A stretch of 64,000 nt of DNA from an uncultured Chloroflexia bacterium (lineage in GTDB: Bacteria; Chloroflexota; Dehalococcoidia; Dehalococcoidales; UBA2162), in NCBI GenBank assembly GCA_963745605.1, contig CAVUYC010000015.1:11437-75436 (forward strand). The letters are read 5' to 3'. Position 1 is the stretch's first letter. Each line of letters begins with the position of its first letter. The position numbers were made by a program, and so were the translations under genes. A model generated the notes under the pieces. That model did no database searches and was not told the origin of the DNA. It saw nothing but the letters and a program-made list of their open reading frames with translations. This document shows, in pieces, positions 18,191 through 27,620 of this stretch.

Positions 18191-19872
18191 CCCCAGCCAG
18201 AGCCGCCAGGAGTTCAAACTGGCGAGTCAACTCGAGCACTATTAAATCGGTCGAAGGCGCCCATATCTTGAGGGCCTTGCGAAAAGTCGCGGGTGCGGTG
18301 GGCCTGCCTGCAACGCGCAAAGTCAAGTTCAATACCAACAAGAACGTCGTACAGATCGACCCTGAGAACGATGACGTTCGAATTGAGGCAGGCGACCTCT
18401 TCACCAAAGCTCCCATCCCTCCTGAGAACCTTGACGTTCTCGTAGGACGCACCCTCCATGAAGTAGATCACTACACCATAAACACCACTGGCGTGTGGTC
18501 TAGCTGCTACTATCGAGTTCTCGAACACGAGCGCGAGCTTTTCAGGGCATTCGTTAACATCGCCGAAGACGTCATGATCGATCACCGGCTTTCCTCCAAC
18601 CTAAACTTGAGAGACTATTACGAAGCCGCCATGGACAAGGTGTTCGCCGGCCGGAGACCGCCTCTACTCAACAGCCTGCTCGAGATTTGGATCGAGTACT
18701 CTCTGGCACACAACGAGCGCATTCGCTCCGACGTGCCTATCGAGTTAAAGCCTGCCTTTGATGACCTCCAGACTCTGTCTGAGGAGCTTAAGCAGCCGAT
18801 GGACCGGCTAAGCGGAACCAGGCGCAGGGCTGAACTCTACGTCTCCGTTTGGCAATCGATCAAAGATGTGGTACTTCATCCTCCAGATCTCGAAGAGGAT
18901 GAGTCGAGGGGTGAGGGGGGCACACCCCAAGAATCCAGCCCTGGCGAAGAGCAGAGCGACAAAGGCCGTACCATGCCTGGACCTACTGACAATCACAACA
19001 CCGACAAAAAGAGCAAGGACGAGAACTTGCCACTCTTGAACTCGGTTCCCGCACCCATCGACCCGAAGCTGGCGGAAGCCATCGAAGAGGCAATGACCTC
19101 TGACACTGAGGATATCACCAAGCAGGTCTACAAGGACTTCGAGGAGGCCGGATACAGCCCTCGAAGTATCCAGTTCGTCGTGACGAGGAAACAGGAGACC
19201 AAGACAATCTCTGTTAAGCCGGACGCTGACCAGGTCCGTAGCCTTGAGCGTGTGCTCCTCATCAGGAAACGGCTCCAGGGCCGGGTCATGCACGGGGAGA
19301 ACTACGGCAAGCTCGACATGCGCAAGCTGCACCGGTCACAGACCGATCTCAAAATGTTCAAGCTGAAATACCGTTTCCCCGACGGCTTCCCCGATTGCGC
19401 AATTCTTGTTGACATGAGCGGGTCCATGAGTGGAAAGCAGGCGGCAGAGGTAATCACGGCAGCGACTTCGCTTGCTCTTGTAGTGAAATGCAAAGTCTGG
19501 GCATACGCTGAGCACAGTTCCGAAATTAAGCTGATAAAGCTCGACGAGGGAAAAATCACCCACACCAGCGCGCCCGGCGGCAACACTCCAAGCGGAATCG
19601 CACTCGTGGGAGTTGGCCAGACGCTAAAACCCGGGGGCTTGATAATCCATCTTACCGACGGAGAACACAACGTTGAATACGGACCTGCCGAAGCAGTCCA
19701 GGTCCTGGCACGACGATCGATTGGGGCGGTGCATCTCATCTGGGGGACCAAAGAAGGACCTTATGCCGGACTGCCTAACCGTATTCTCACAAACGGCCTG
19801 GCTGACTTCCCCGATGCGCTTTATTGGATTCTTGTGGAGCAGCTCAGGCTCGAGGGCTTAAGCGCCAACTAG
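18187..19872 (+). CDS. VWA-domain partner protein with N-terminal HExxH metallopeptidase-like domain
   Basis: ATGA overlap with the AAA gene; LHEVDH, NIAED, acidic linker, MIDAS DMSGSM, GGNTP, LTDG. Confidence 0.82.
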   Translation: MTPARAARSSNWRVNSSTIKSVEGAHILRALRKVAGAVGLPATRKVKFNTNKNVVQIDPENDDVRIEAGDLFTKAPIPPENLDVLVGRTLHEVDHYTINTTGVWSSCYYRVLEHERELFRAFVNIAEDVMIDHRLSSNLNLRDYYEAAMDKVFAGRRPPLLNSLLEIWIEYSLAHNERIRSDVPIELKPAFDDLQTLSEELKQPMDRLSGTRRRAELYVSVWQSIKDVVLHPPDLEEDESRGEGGTPQESSPGEEQSDKGRTMPGPTDNHNTDKKSKDENLPLLNSVPAPIDPKLAEAIEEAMTSDTEDITKQVYKDFEEAGYSPRSIQFVVTRKQETKTISVKPDADQVRSLERVLLIRKRLQGRVMHGENYGKLDMRKLHRSQTDLKMFKLKYRFPDGFPDCAILVDMSGSMSGKQAAEVITAATSLALVVKCKVWAYAEHSSEIKLIKLDEGKITHTSAPGGNTPSGIALVGVGQTLKPGGLIIHLTDGEHNVEYGPAEAVQVLARRSIGAVHLIWGTKEGPYAGLPNRILTNGLADFPDALYWILVEQLRLEGLSAN

Positions 19873-19886
19873 ACCACCCAATGCAT

Positions 19887-20402
19887 CTAGTCTCTCGCTA
19901 ACGCCCTGAGGAACTCACCAAAGTTTTCCGAAGATTCGAGCTGATCAGATGTCCTTCTGAAGTCACGGGTGGCTCCGTAGTCTCCTGCTTCTTCGTAAAC
20001 CCTGGCAATCCGCCTGGCGAGTTCCTTCACTTTCATCTGCAGCAGGGCCTCGAGTTGAGTCAATCCCTTCTCCAGTTCATCCTTTCGAGCTTCGATGTCA
20101 GACGTTTCTCGCGAGATGCCGAGACTCCTCGTCTCTGCGAGCGAAACAGGCCGGGCCTCGAGGGCCGCCACCCGAGCGAGGAGACCATCCCTTTCTTTCT
20201 GGAGTTGCGCAATCACTTCCTGCTGCTTCAGCACCTTGGTCTCAAGTGCCGTTGTCCGTTCATCTGGGGACACGATCGCGTCAGCCTTCCTCTCCTCGCC
20301 ATCCATGTTCTCAGAGGGCTTTCGGGGAGACGACAAAAGGCCACGGATGTCCGTCAGGACGGCCATTCCCGCCACCCTCTTTTCAGGTCTTTTGGGCTTC
20401 AC
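19887..20402 (-). CDS. Coiled-coil hypothetical protein downstream of parA (start uncertain)
   Basis: Heptad-rich LETKVLKQQEVIAQLQKERDGLLARVAALE and IEARKDELEKGLTQLEALLQ; overlaps the parA 3' end. Confidence 0.7.
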   Translation of the reverse strand: MKPKRPEKRVAGMAVLTDIRGLLSSPRKPSENMDGEERKADAIVSPDERTTALETKVLKQQEVIAQLQKERDGLLARVAALEARPVSLAETRSLGISRETSDIEARKDELEKGLTQLEALLQMKVKELARRIARVYEEAGDYGATRDFRRTSDQLESSENFGEFLRALARD

Positions 20403-21159
20403 GTTCCAAAAGCTCCTTTGCGAGATCCCGGTATTCCTGAGCGCCGGCTGACTTGGACGCATATAAGATCACAGGTAGTTCGTGAACCGGTCCCTCGGCA
20501 AGTTTCGTATGGCGAAAAATGATGGTTTTCAGAAGAGTGTCGCCGAACGTCACCTCCATACTTTCAGACACCTCCTGGCTCAGCCTGGTCCTCCGATCAT
20601 ACATCGTTCTTAGGACTCCCTCGATTTTGAGACCAGGATTGACCTCATCGCGGATCACACCGATGACCTGCAAGAGATGACTCACCCCGTATAAAGTCAA
20701 GGGCTCGCACTGCACTGGAATCAGGACGCCATCGGCGGCAGCAAGAGCATTCATCACGAGTAGTCCCAGCGTGGGCGGACAATCGATCAAAACAAAATCG
20801 TAGTCTGCCTTAGCCGGGGCCAACTTCTTCAGCAGCGCCTTTTCCCGGCCGATCTTGCCGACAAGCTCAGACTCAGCCATCGCAAGGTCTACGCTGGCGG
20901 GCAAGATATGAAAGTTGATCCTTTCACGAGTCATAACGACATCATTCACTTGCACACTTGGATCGACCAGCAGGTGATGGGTCGATTTCTTCAGTTCGGT
21001 AGGGTTAATACCCATACTGAGGGTGAGGGAGGCTTGCGGGTCAAGATCAACCACGAGAACCTTCTTTCCCAAGTCACACAGACTTGCCGCAAGATTGATT
21101 GAGGTGGTGGTCTTTCCGGTTCCGCCCTTGTGTTGGGCGACAGCTATTGTCTTGGCCAT
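20383..21159 (-). CDS. parA: ParA/Soj family ATPase
   Basis: Deviant Walker A KGGTGKTT, DLDPQASL, DCPPTLG, IPVQCE, TMYDRRT. Confidence 0.9.
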   Translation of the reverse strand: MAKTIAVAQHKGGTGKTTTSINLAASLCDLGKKVLVVDLDPQASLTLSMGINPTELKKSTHHLLVDPSVQVNDVVMTRERINFHILPASVDLAMAESELVGKIGREKALLKKLAPAKADYDFVLIDCPPTLGLLVMNALAAADGVLIPVQCEPLTLYGVSHLLQVIGVIRDEVNPGLKIEGVLRTMYDRRTRLSQEVSESMEVTFGDTLLKTIIFRHTKLAEGPVHELPVILYASKSAGAQEYRDLAKELLEREAQKT

Positions 21160-21234
21160 AGCGTGCTCTCAAACCCCACTGTTGACAGACTCATTCGGCA
21201 AATCGCCGGACGGATTCCTAAAGACTTGCTCCTG

Positions 21235-22701
21235 CTAATTGGCGAGACCCCTGAGCGCGTCCACTATCCAGATCATTCCTTCAGTATCGCGTCCACAATA
21301 GGTCTCGAGATCCCGGCGGGTTTTCGCTTTCCTGCTATCGGGCATTTCCCCGTAGGTCATATCCAGATATGCCAGGCTCGCCTCATCCCCAACGCTTATG
21401 TCAAGGTCATCGTAACCCTGTCCTGTCAACGTGGGCATAACCTGCTTGATCGATGCGCTTCCTCTCTGCCGGGGATGATAATAACTGAACTCGCGGAACG
21501 GGTCGAGAAGGTCAACCATTCTGGTGCAGACAGAGTCGGCCCATCCCTTGTGTTCAGGGAAGGCCTCTCCGAGCTCCTTCATAATGCCCTCTTCAAAGCT
21601 CTGATTGTAAACCACCACGCTGCCCCTGTTGCCAATCAGCCTGTGCAACTCGGCAATAAACCCCGGTCTTGGGTCTTCCGCATTGTCAGAAAGGAAACCA
21701 AACTTCCAGGCCATAGAACCAGGCCTGTCGACAACGTGCAACGAAAATTGGAACGGCACTTGCTGGTACGGCCTGATGCCGTCGACCAAGGGAACAGCGC
21801 TGTTGAACGTTTCAAAATCAAGGTAATGAACAGGATAGCGAAGGGAACCCAAGAAGGAGCCTATTGCGACCTTGTCGGCATGGTGGCAGGCATTCTGGTC
21901 GCACCACTTTTGAACCTTCTGAGCGTCGGTCAGCTTCAGAGAATCAGGAATATCCTTGAGGAATCGAATCCCCTGGTTCAGAAGGTCAAACCCTTTGGCT
22001 TTGCCACGGTAAAGGTCGAGAACCGTGTTCTCCGGCAGCGTTTCCCAGCATGCAGCGACGGGGCACTCATACGGATCCGTGCAATGAAGACCGACACTGC
22101 TCTCAGGTGGTATTGTCGACGCCATGGCTTCCACCATGGTGCGAACGTGGGTTTCGATTCCCGCCTCGGCTTCCGTCACCCTGTCGCTGACGTCTTCCGC
22201 AGTGAGCAATCCAGCGGGGTCTATCTCCCCACGCTTGACGTACTTGTTATTGATATGCAAAACGTAGCACTTGTTAATCAACATGCCGCGTTTCTGACAA
22301 CAATACTTCTGAAACGAAACGTCCTGAACGTTCTCATCCTTAACTCTGGTCGAACTCTTGACCTCGATGATATCCCATCTCCCGTCGGTCGCGGGTCTTA
22401 GCACGTCAACGTGGGAATACACTGTGTCGGCAAGAATCCCGGCCTCGAAGAATGGCTGTCCTTGTTTGAGGAACTTCGCGGTAAGATCGATTGAATGTCT
22501 GAAGCTAGACTCGGGTACTCGAACTCCCCCGGGGAACAGTCTTTCGGCAAGGCCTTGAACCATGTGTCCTTGGTCGAATAGATGCTGAGTCTGAGCATTC
22601 GGCCTCGGGATAGCATCGGGCGTGTTGACCTGAAGCCAGAGATATTTCAGACACTGAAGGCCGTTAAGGTACCTCGATTTTGAAAGGAACGACGGCGCCA
22701 A
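21235..22701 (-). CDS. DUF2779 domain-containing protein (nuclease-like)
   Basis: LSKSRYLNGLQC..YLWL start, IIEVKSST, YLDFET, PYQQVPFQFSLH, YNQSFE, SASIK, YCGRDT; likely TTG start at 22701. Confidence 0.85.
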   Translation of the reverse strand: MAPSFLSKSRYLNGLQCLKYLWLQVNTPDAIPRPNAQTQHLFDQGHMVQGLAERLFPGGVRVPESSFRHSIDLTAKFLKQGQPFFEAGILADTVYSHVDVLRPATDGRWDIIEVKSSTRVKDENVQDVSFQKYCCQKRGMLINKCYVLHINNKYVKRGEIDPAGLLTAEDVSDRVTEAEAGIETHVRTMVEAMASTIPPESSVGLHCTDPYECPVAACWETLPENTVLDLYRGKAKGFDLLNQGIRFLKDIPDSLKLTDAQKVQKWCDQNACHHADKVAIGSFLGSLRYPVHYLDFETFNSAVPLVDGIRPYQQVPFQFSLHVVDRPGSMAWKFGFLSDNAEDPRPGFIAELHRLIGNRGSVVVYNQSFEEGIMKELGEAFPEHKGWADSVCTRMVDLLDPFREFSYYHPRQRGSASIKQVMPTLTGQGYDDLDISVGDEASLAYLDMTYGEMPDSRKAKTRRDLETYCGRDTEGMIWIVDALRGLAN

Positions 22702-22877
22702 CCTCAACCCCTTATATGGAAATACCCATGGCGTGGATCGAACTCTGTGTACGGAATTATACCCCGGCGCGACGAGTCCAGCAATTTGCGTTACGGATTC
22801 GCTTGTACCTCTTCCGCATTCACCTTGACTGAGCAGGTTGCTACCCTTACGATTCTTTCTAGGCAAAAGGAGAGCTC

Positions 22878-23309
22878 ATGGCTAGAATTGAAATCGCTTC
22901 CCCCGAGAAATACATCTACTCGACCGAGATCCCTATCCGAATTGGCGACATCAACCGCGGCAGGCATCTCGCTCACGACGCAGTCCTGGGCATTGTAGAA
23001 GAAGCGCGTGTGCGCTTCATGAAGAGCATGGGCTATGACGACGAGAAGATTGACGGCATTGGGATGATCACGGTTGACGCCGGCGTAATCTACCGGAAGC
23101 AAGGGTTCTACGGACAGACTCTAAAGGTGGAGTTGGCAGTTACCGAAATGAGCCGGAAGGGCTGCGACATAGTGTACAGGATCACCGATGCTGCGACAGG
23201 CGAAGAAATGATCCGGGCAAAGAACGGCATGCTCTTCTTCGATTACCGTGCTCAAAGAGTCGCTCCTGTTCCGGACGTATTTCGCAAACGTTTCGAACCG
23301 GTCTCCTGA
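22878..23309 (+). CDS. Hotdog-fold thioesterase family protein
   Basis: IRIGDINRGRHLAH...EEARVRF; SD AGGAG. Confidence 0.85.
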   Translation: MARIEIASPEKYIYSTEIPIRIGDINRGRHLAHDAVLGIVEEARVRFMKSMGYDDEKIDGIGMITVDAGVIYRKQGFYGQTLKVELAVTEMSRKGCDIVYRITDAATGEEMIRAKNGMLFFDYRAQRVAPVPDVFRKRFEPVS

Positions 23310-23520
23310 GCATACGCCAGCAGGTTCAGACAGGATCTCAAAGGTTATGCGGAACTCAGCATCAGACAGAGGACAGAGGCATGGCACCCTGCTTTGGGAA
23401 CACCGAGAGACAGACCCTCGCCAAAAACTGTTTCGGGGAAGTCCTCTCTGCCGGGCAAGCGCACTGAGCGCTGATGGCCCATTGGGAACCAATTTAGGAA
23501 TGGAGAGGGAGGGGTAACAC

Positions 23521-23914
23521 ATGCTCAAAGGAGTATGCACAATAACGGTTCAGGTGACAGATCAGGAAAAAGCTTTGTCCTTCTACACGACGAAACCTGG
23601 CTTCGAGAAACGTCGCGACCAGCCGATGGGTCCCGGACAATGCTGGCTCGAGGTGGCGCCACCCGCAGCCCCAGGCCCGGATACTGCTCTACAAAGCATC
23701 CAGGGAAATGCCTGGCGCGGAATCGTACGAAGAAGCAATTTCCAGGATAGGGAAGAACACCGGGATGGTTTTCGAGACAGATAACATCGAAGGCACCTTT
23801 TCCAAGCTTGGGGCCAACGGAGTCAAGATAGTCGACCCTCCCAAGAAGCAACCTTACGGTTGGTGGGGAGTCTTCGCCGACCAGGACGGCAACATTTACG
23901 GCGTTCACCAATAG
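23521..23914 (+). CDS. VOC/glyoxalase family protein, +1 frameshift in the C-run near 23670
   Basis: VTDQEKALSFY...WLEVAPP in one frame, MVFETDNI...QPYGWWGVFADQDGN in the next. Confidence 0.8.
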
Positions 23915-24031
23915 CCGCTGAGGCCTATTCCACTGGCAGCCGCAATTCTCAGGCGTCGCTGCCCTTGTCTGTGCCCAATCTATAGCCAGCCGTTTGCCAA
24001 CACGCTGGCAGTTGACCAATCTCAAAATCGA

Positions 24032-24061
24032 TTGACACCCCCTTTCTACGAGGGCTACACT
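24032..24061 (+). promoter_or_regulatory. sigma70-like promoter of selenoprotein gene 1
   Basis: TTGACA-18 nt-TACACT, followed by GGAGG/GAGGT SD and ATG 24097. Confidence 0.55.
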
Positions 24062-24096
24062 TGGGGCACTTTAGCAGGATTGGAGGATCGAGGTAG

Positions 24097-25845
24097 ATGG
24101 CACAGAAATACAAGTGTTTGAATCCGGTCGGCACTCAGGAGCCAATAGACCTCTTGCCCCTGGCGCCGCGACTCGACAAACTCGACGGGAAGAGAATCCA
24201 CCTCAGCATTTGCGGTGAGCCTGATATCACGATCCCACTAGAAAAACGACTCAAGGGTGACTATCCCAACGTTGACTGGACAGTAAAGAAGACTTACGGC
24301 ATCGCCCCGCTCAAGCTCTCAGAGGAAGAAATGAAGACCACGGATGCCGCCATCCTCGGCGTCTGCTGGTGACACGGCGCGGTAAACAGGCAGTTGCCTT
24401 ATTTGACCGATCTCGAGGCCGCAGGTATTCCCACTGTACTAATCGACCTTGCCGAAGAGACCAACAAAGTCCGGCACGACGCACTGATCTACGGCGTGCC
24501 AGCAATGCGCTATGTGGAAGCGTCTCGCACCATGCACGGCGTGCCGGATGTGGATCGTATACTACCCTCAGTCCTGGACGCGCTGGTTCGCCCACTCACC
24601 GACGAGGAAAAGAAGAGCGGAGTCTACGCCCCCAGTACACCGCGCATCCTTTTTGAAGGCTCCTTGGAGGACGCTGAGGAATTCTATAATCAGACGGAAA
24701 GAATTCCCGGAATCCTGGACGCTCCGTTCGCGGTATACACTGATGGTCTGCCGGTTGTCATCCCTACCGAGGAACGCGTCGAGAAGATGCTCAAAGGGAC
24801 CCGCCATAAAGCAGACGAGATCATAAAGCTTCAGCGTGACGTTTATCTCAGAGGCATCGGCGAGGTAAACCCGGGCTCGACGAGAAGAAAGGGTGAAGAG
24901 GTTCGCTTCATGCCCATGGGCCGCATTGCGACCGTCGAGCAGGTCGCCGTCAATGCAGTAATGGCCGGGTGCAAGCCAGAATATCTACCGCTAGTCCTGG
25001 CGATCGCTGAATCAGGCGGAGGAACAGGGGACGGCCGTGGCAATGGTGGATCGTATGTCGTCTCAGGGCCTATCTACAAAGAAATCGGAATGAATGTCAG
25101 CTATGGCAGGTTCAGTCCGGGCAATCCTTCCAACAAGACCATTGGCCGCGTTGGCAGCCTTATGTGGAGGAACCTAGGTGGATATAAGGAGCGCGTGTCC
25201 ACCATCATGACCTACGGAGATCCCTTAACGAACGGAGGGTTCATTATCGCCGAGTACGCCGAAGGTCTGCCCCCGGGATGGAAAGGACTCAACGAGGAAT
25301 TGGGATTCCGAAAAGACGAGAGCGTGCTGATGACGTGCCGGCCCGGCAACTGGGGCATCGGCCAGGAACATATGCCTGGAGTCTACCGATCCCTTCAGAA
25401 GAGCGGCCACGGCGCAATAGCTCGTTTTCTCGACGTTAAGGGAAAACCGGGCCCCCACAACTACATCGAATACATTACCGACAAGATTTGGGGCGACTAC
25501 GAAGGCGGCATAACGCTTATCCTGGTTCCTTCGATGGCCATGGATATGTACAACTATGGCTTCAAGACTAAGGATGCCATCTACGATTACATCTGGAAGA
25601 AGAGCTTCGAGCCCATGTCTCAATACCGCATGCGGGGAAGGCCCGACTGGTTCACAAACGGCTGGACATCAATCGAGAAGACTTCCGGCAAGAGATGGAG
25701 AGAGCTTCCCGATGATTACAGAGTTCCCGCCGGAGGCGAGAGCCCCTGGGAGAACCTCATTCTTGTATGCGATGGCGAAGAGACCGCCAGCGAGCGGTTT
25801 AGCGGCGGCCACGGCGCCGCTTACAGCATCGACGCCTGGAGATAG
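24097..25845 (+). CDS. Putative selenoprotein 1 (582 aa, Sec92, C-W-U-H-G-A), UGSC-like N-domain fused to a conserved unknown domain
   Basis: ORFs 24097-24372 and 24394-25845 are in frame and separated only by TGA 24370-24372; downstream hairpin; same arrangement in paralog 30654-32405. Confidence 0.87.
24373..24409 (+). promoter_or_regulatory. Bacterial SECIS-like hairpin
   Basis: CGGU-AAA-C-AGGC[AGUU]GCCU-UA-UUU-G-ACCG; loop starts 19 nt after the UGA. Confidence 0.8.
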
Positions 25846-25859
25846 ATGCGGCCTAGGTG

Positions 25860-25896
25860 GAGTTGGGCTGTGCCCCCTGGGGGCATCGCCCAACTC
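25860..25896 (+). terminator. Long hairpin after selenoprotein 1
   Basis: GAGTTGGGC-TG-TGCCCCC/GGGGGCA-TC-GCCCAACTC followed by TCTT. Confidence 0.55.
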
Positions 25897-26130
25897 TCTT
25901 ACCCCCCTTCGATCACTCAACTCGAATTTAGGTACTATACCCTAAGGCATAGTACCCGGGTCAACCAACCCGCCATATAGGACTTTTCCTCAGGAAAGAT
26001 AGGCCTTGTGAGTGTTGTCCAAGCTATCTCAACGATCTAGAATCAGTCATCAATTACTGAATTGTATGGGATGCAATGTAAGGATATTGCCTCATGCTAA
26101 TCAAGTCTCAGGGTTGAAGGGAGCGAACCT

Positions 26131-26778
26131 ATGGGCAACACAACAGTTGTGGTCGCAGATGGCCAGGCCCTCTACTGCGAGGGAATAGCTGCATTGCTCA
26201 AGGAGAATGCGGGGTTCGACATCGCCGGAACGGCTTCAAATGGGAAGGAACTCATAAAGACCGCCGAGGACCTTTCGCCTGACGTCATACTCCTCGACGC
26301 TGCCCTTCCTCCGACTTCAGGTCTCGAATGCGTCAAGGAACTTCGCTCGAACGCCGGATCATCGAAGATCCTGGTTCTAACCGAACAAGAGAGCGAATTG
26401 GATATTCTCAGCGGATTCAGGGCTGGGGTAAACGGTTTTCTCTCCAAGAAGTCAAGCTACTCTGATCTTGTTTCAGCGATAAACAGCGTCTCCCGGGGCG
26501 ATTTTGTAGTACACATTTCCATAGACGCCACTACAATGCACGAGTACTTTGATGACTCCACACAGGGACAGGGAACATCGGGGCCGGACAGGCTTACAAG
26601 GCGCGAACGCGAAATCGTCAAACTTGTAGGCGCCGGGACCAGGACCGCAGAGATCGCGCAGCGCTTACAGATTGCCCCCAAGACAGTCTCAGGGCATCGC
26701 GCCAATATCATGAAGAAGCTCGGGGTCCATTCTCAGACTGAACTAGTGAAATTCGCCATCCTGAGGCATATGGTTTAG
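26131..26778 (+). CDS. NarL/LuxR family response regulator
   Basis: REC domain (PDVILLD) plus LTRREREIVKL..TAEIAQRLQIAPKTVSGHRANIMKKL HTH. Confidence 0.92.
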   Translation: MGNTTVVVADGQALYCEGIAALLKENAGFDIAGTASNGKELIKTAEDLSPDVILLDAALPPTSGLECVKELRSNAGSSKILVLTEQESELDILSGFRAGVNGFLSKKSSYSDLVSAINSVSRGDFVVHISIDATTMHEYFDDSTQGQGTSGPDRLTRREREIVKLVGAGTRTAEIAQRLQIAPKTVSGHRANIMKKLGVHSQTELVKFAILRHMV

Positions 26779-26898
26779 TCGTCTGCGCTTGAAAGGAACA
26801 GTTGTTGGTCAAGTCAGGGACTGGTCGCCATTAATTTGTGCCCGTAGAATTGCATCAACCGTCGACTGGAACAAAGTCCAATCCGGGAGGGACGCCGA

Positions 26899-27417
26899 AT
26901 GGGATACTTTGTCTCGCTCATACCCACTGCTGCCGAAGAAGTATCGGCCTTTTTCGATCTGGCTCCAATCTCGCAAACCGACGTAGTTTATGACCTCGGC
27001 TCCGGGGACGGAAGGGTCGTCTTTGCAGCAGCCCGACTGGGAGCAGGAAAAGCGATTGGAGTTGAACTAAATCCTGTGCACGTCGAGGAAGCAAAAAAGA
27101 CAGCGGACAAACTCGGTTTGCATGCTCGAGTCCAGTTCGTTCATGCGGATCTCATGGACATAGATTTGAGCGAAGCTACATTGGTAGTCACCTACCTCTT
27201 CTCAACCGCCTCGGACGCCCTGAGACCAAAGTTCGAGCGAGAACTCAAACCTGGGGCGCGGGTGGTCATGGAATCGTTTCCCATTCACGATTGGGAGCCT
27301 GATGCGATTAAGAGACTGGAGCACCGTACCTTCTATCTCTACACGATGCCGCCGCGTCTGGATACGAGGTGGCCGCCCAAGACCGTCCGCTCGAGCGCGA
27401 CGTCAAAGCCGGACTAA
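26899..27417 (+). CDS. Class I SAM-dependent methyltransferase
   Basis: VYDLGSGDGR, GVELN, ATLVVTYL, ELKPGARVV. Confidence 0.88.
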   Translation: MGYFVSLIPTAAEEVSAFFDLAPISQTDVVYDLGSGDGRVVFAAARLGAGKAIGVELNPVHVEEAKKTADKLGLHARVQFVHADLMDIDLSEATLVVTYLFSTASDALRPKFERELKPGARVVMESFPIHDWEPDAIKRLEHRTFYLYTMPPRLDTRWPPKTVRSSATSKPD

Positions 27418-27620
27418 CGCGCCTGTCGTTGGGAACTCGTGATTACCACCCCTTTGTTCCGCTTCATCAGGCCACAAAACTCGCCCACTCGGGGAATGTT
27501 GAATCGAGGAAGGCCAGCAGCAAGCGCCGTACGCTTCAAACATTGATTGATGTACGACACGGCTTCGGGACACTCTAGCCGCGGTGTAGACGCCATTGAA
27601 CCGCGTCGCTCCAAAGCAAC

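Noticed and set aside
21130-22401. Long antisense ORFs (423 aa here; 355 aa at 29279-30346)
   Set aside because: Shadow frames opposite well-supported genes, with no recognisable motifs
23310-23520. Unassigned intergenic stretches (also 53465-53756 and 59120-59413) examined for tRNA/ncRNA/CRISPR
   Set aside because: No cloverleaf, direct-repeat array or convincing conserved structure visible by eye
24370-24372. Genome-wide TGA reassignment (code 4 or 25) as the explanation for in-frame TGAs
   Set aside because: Many genes here end at TGA at their expected C-termini (e.g. 6580, 18190, 30553, 56441), and Trp is encoded by TGG
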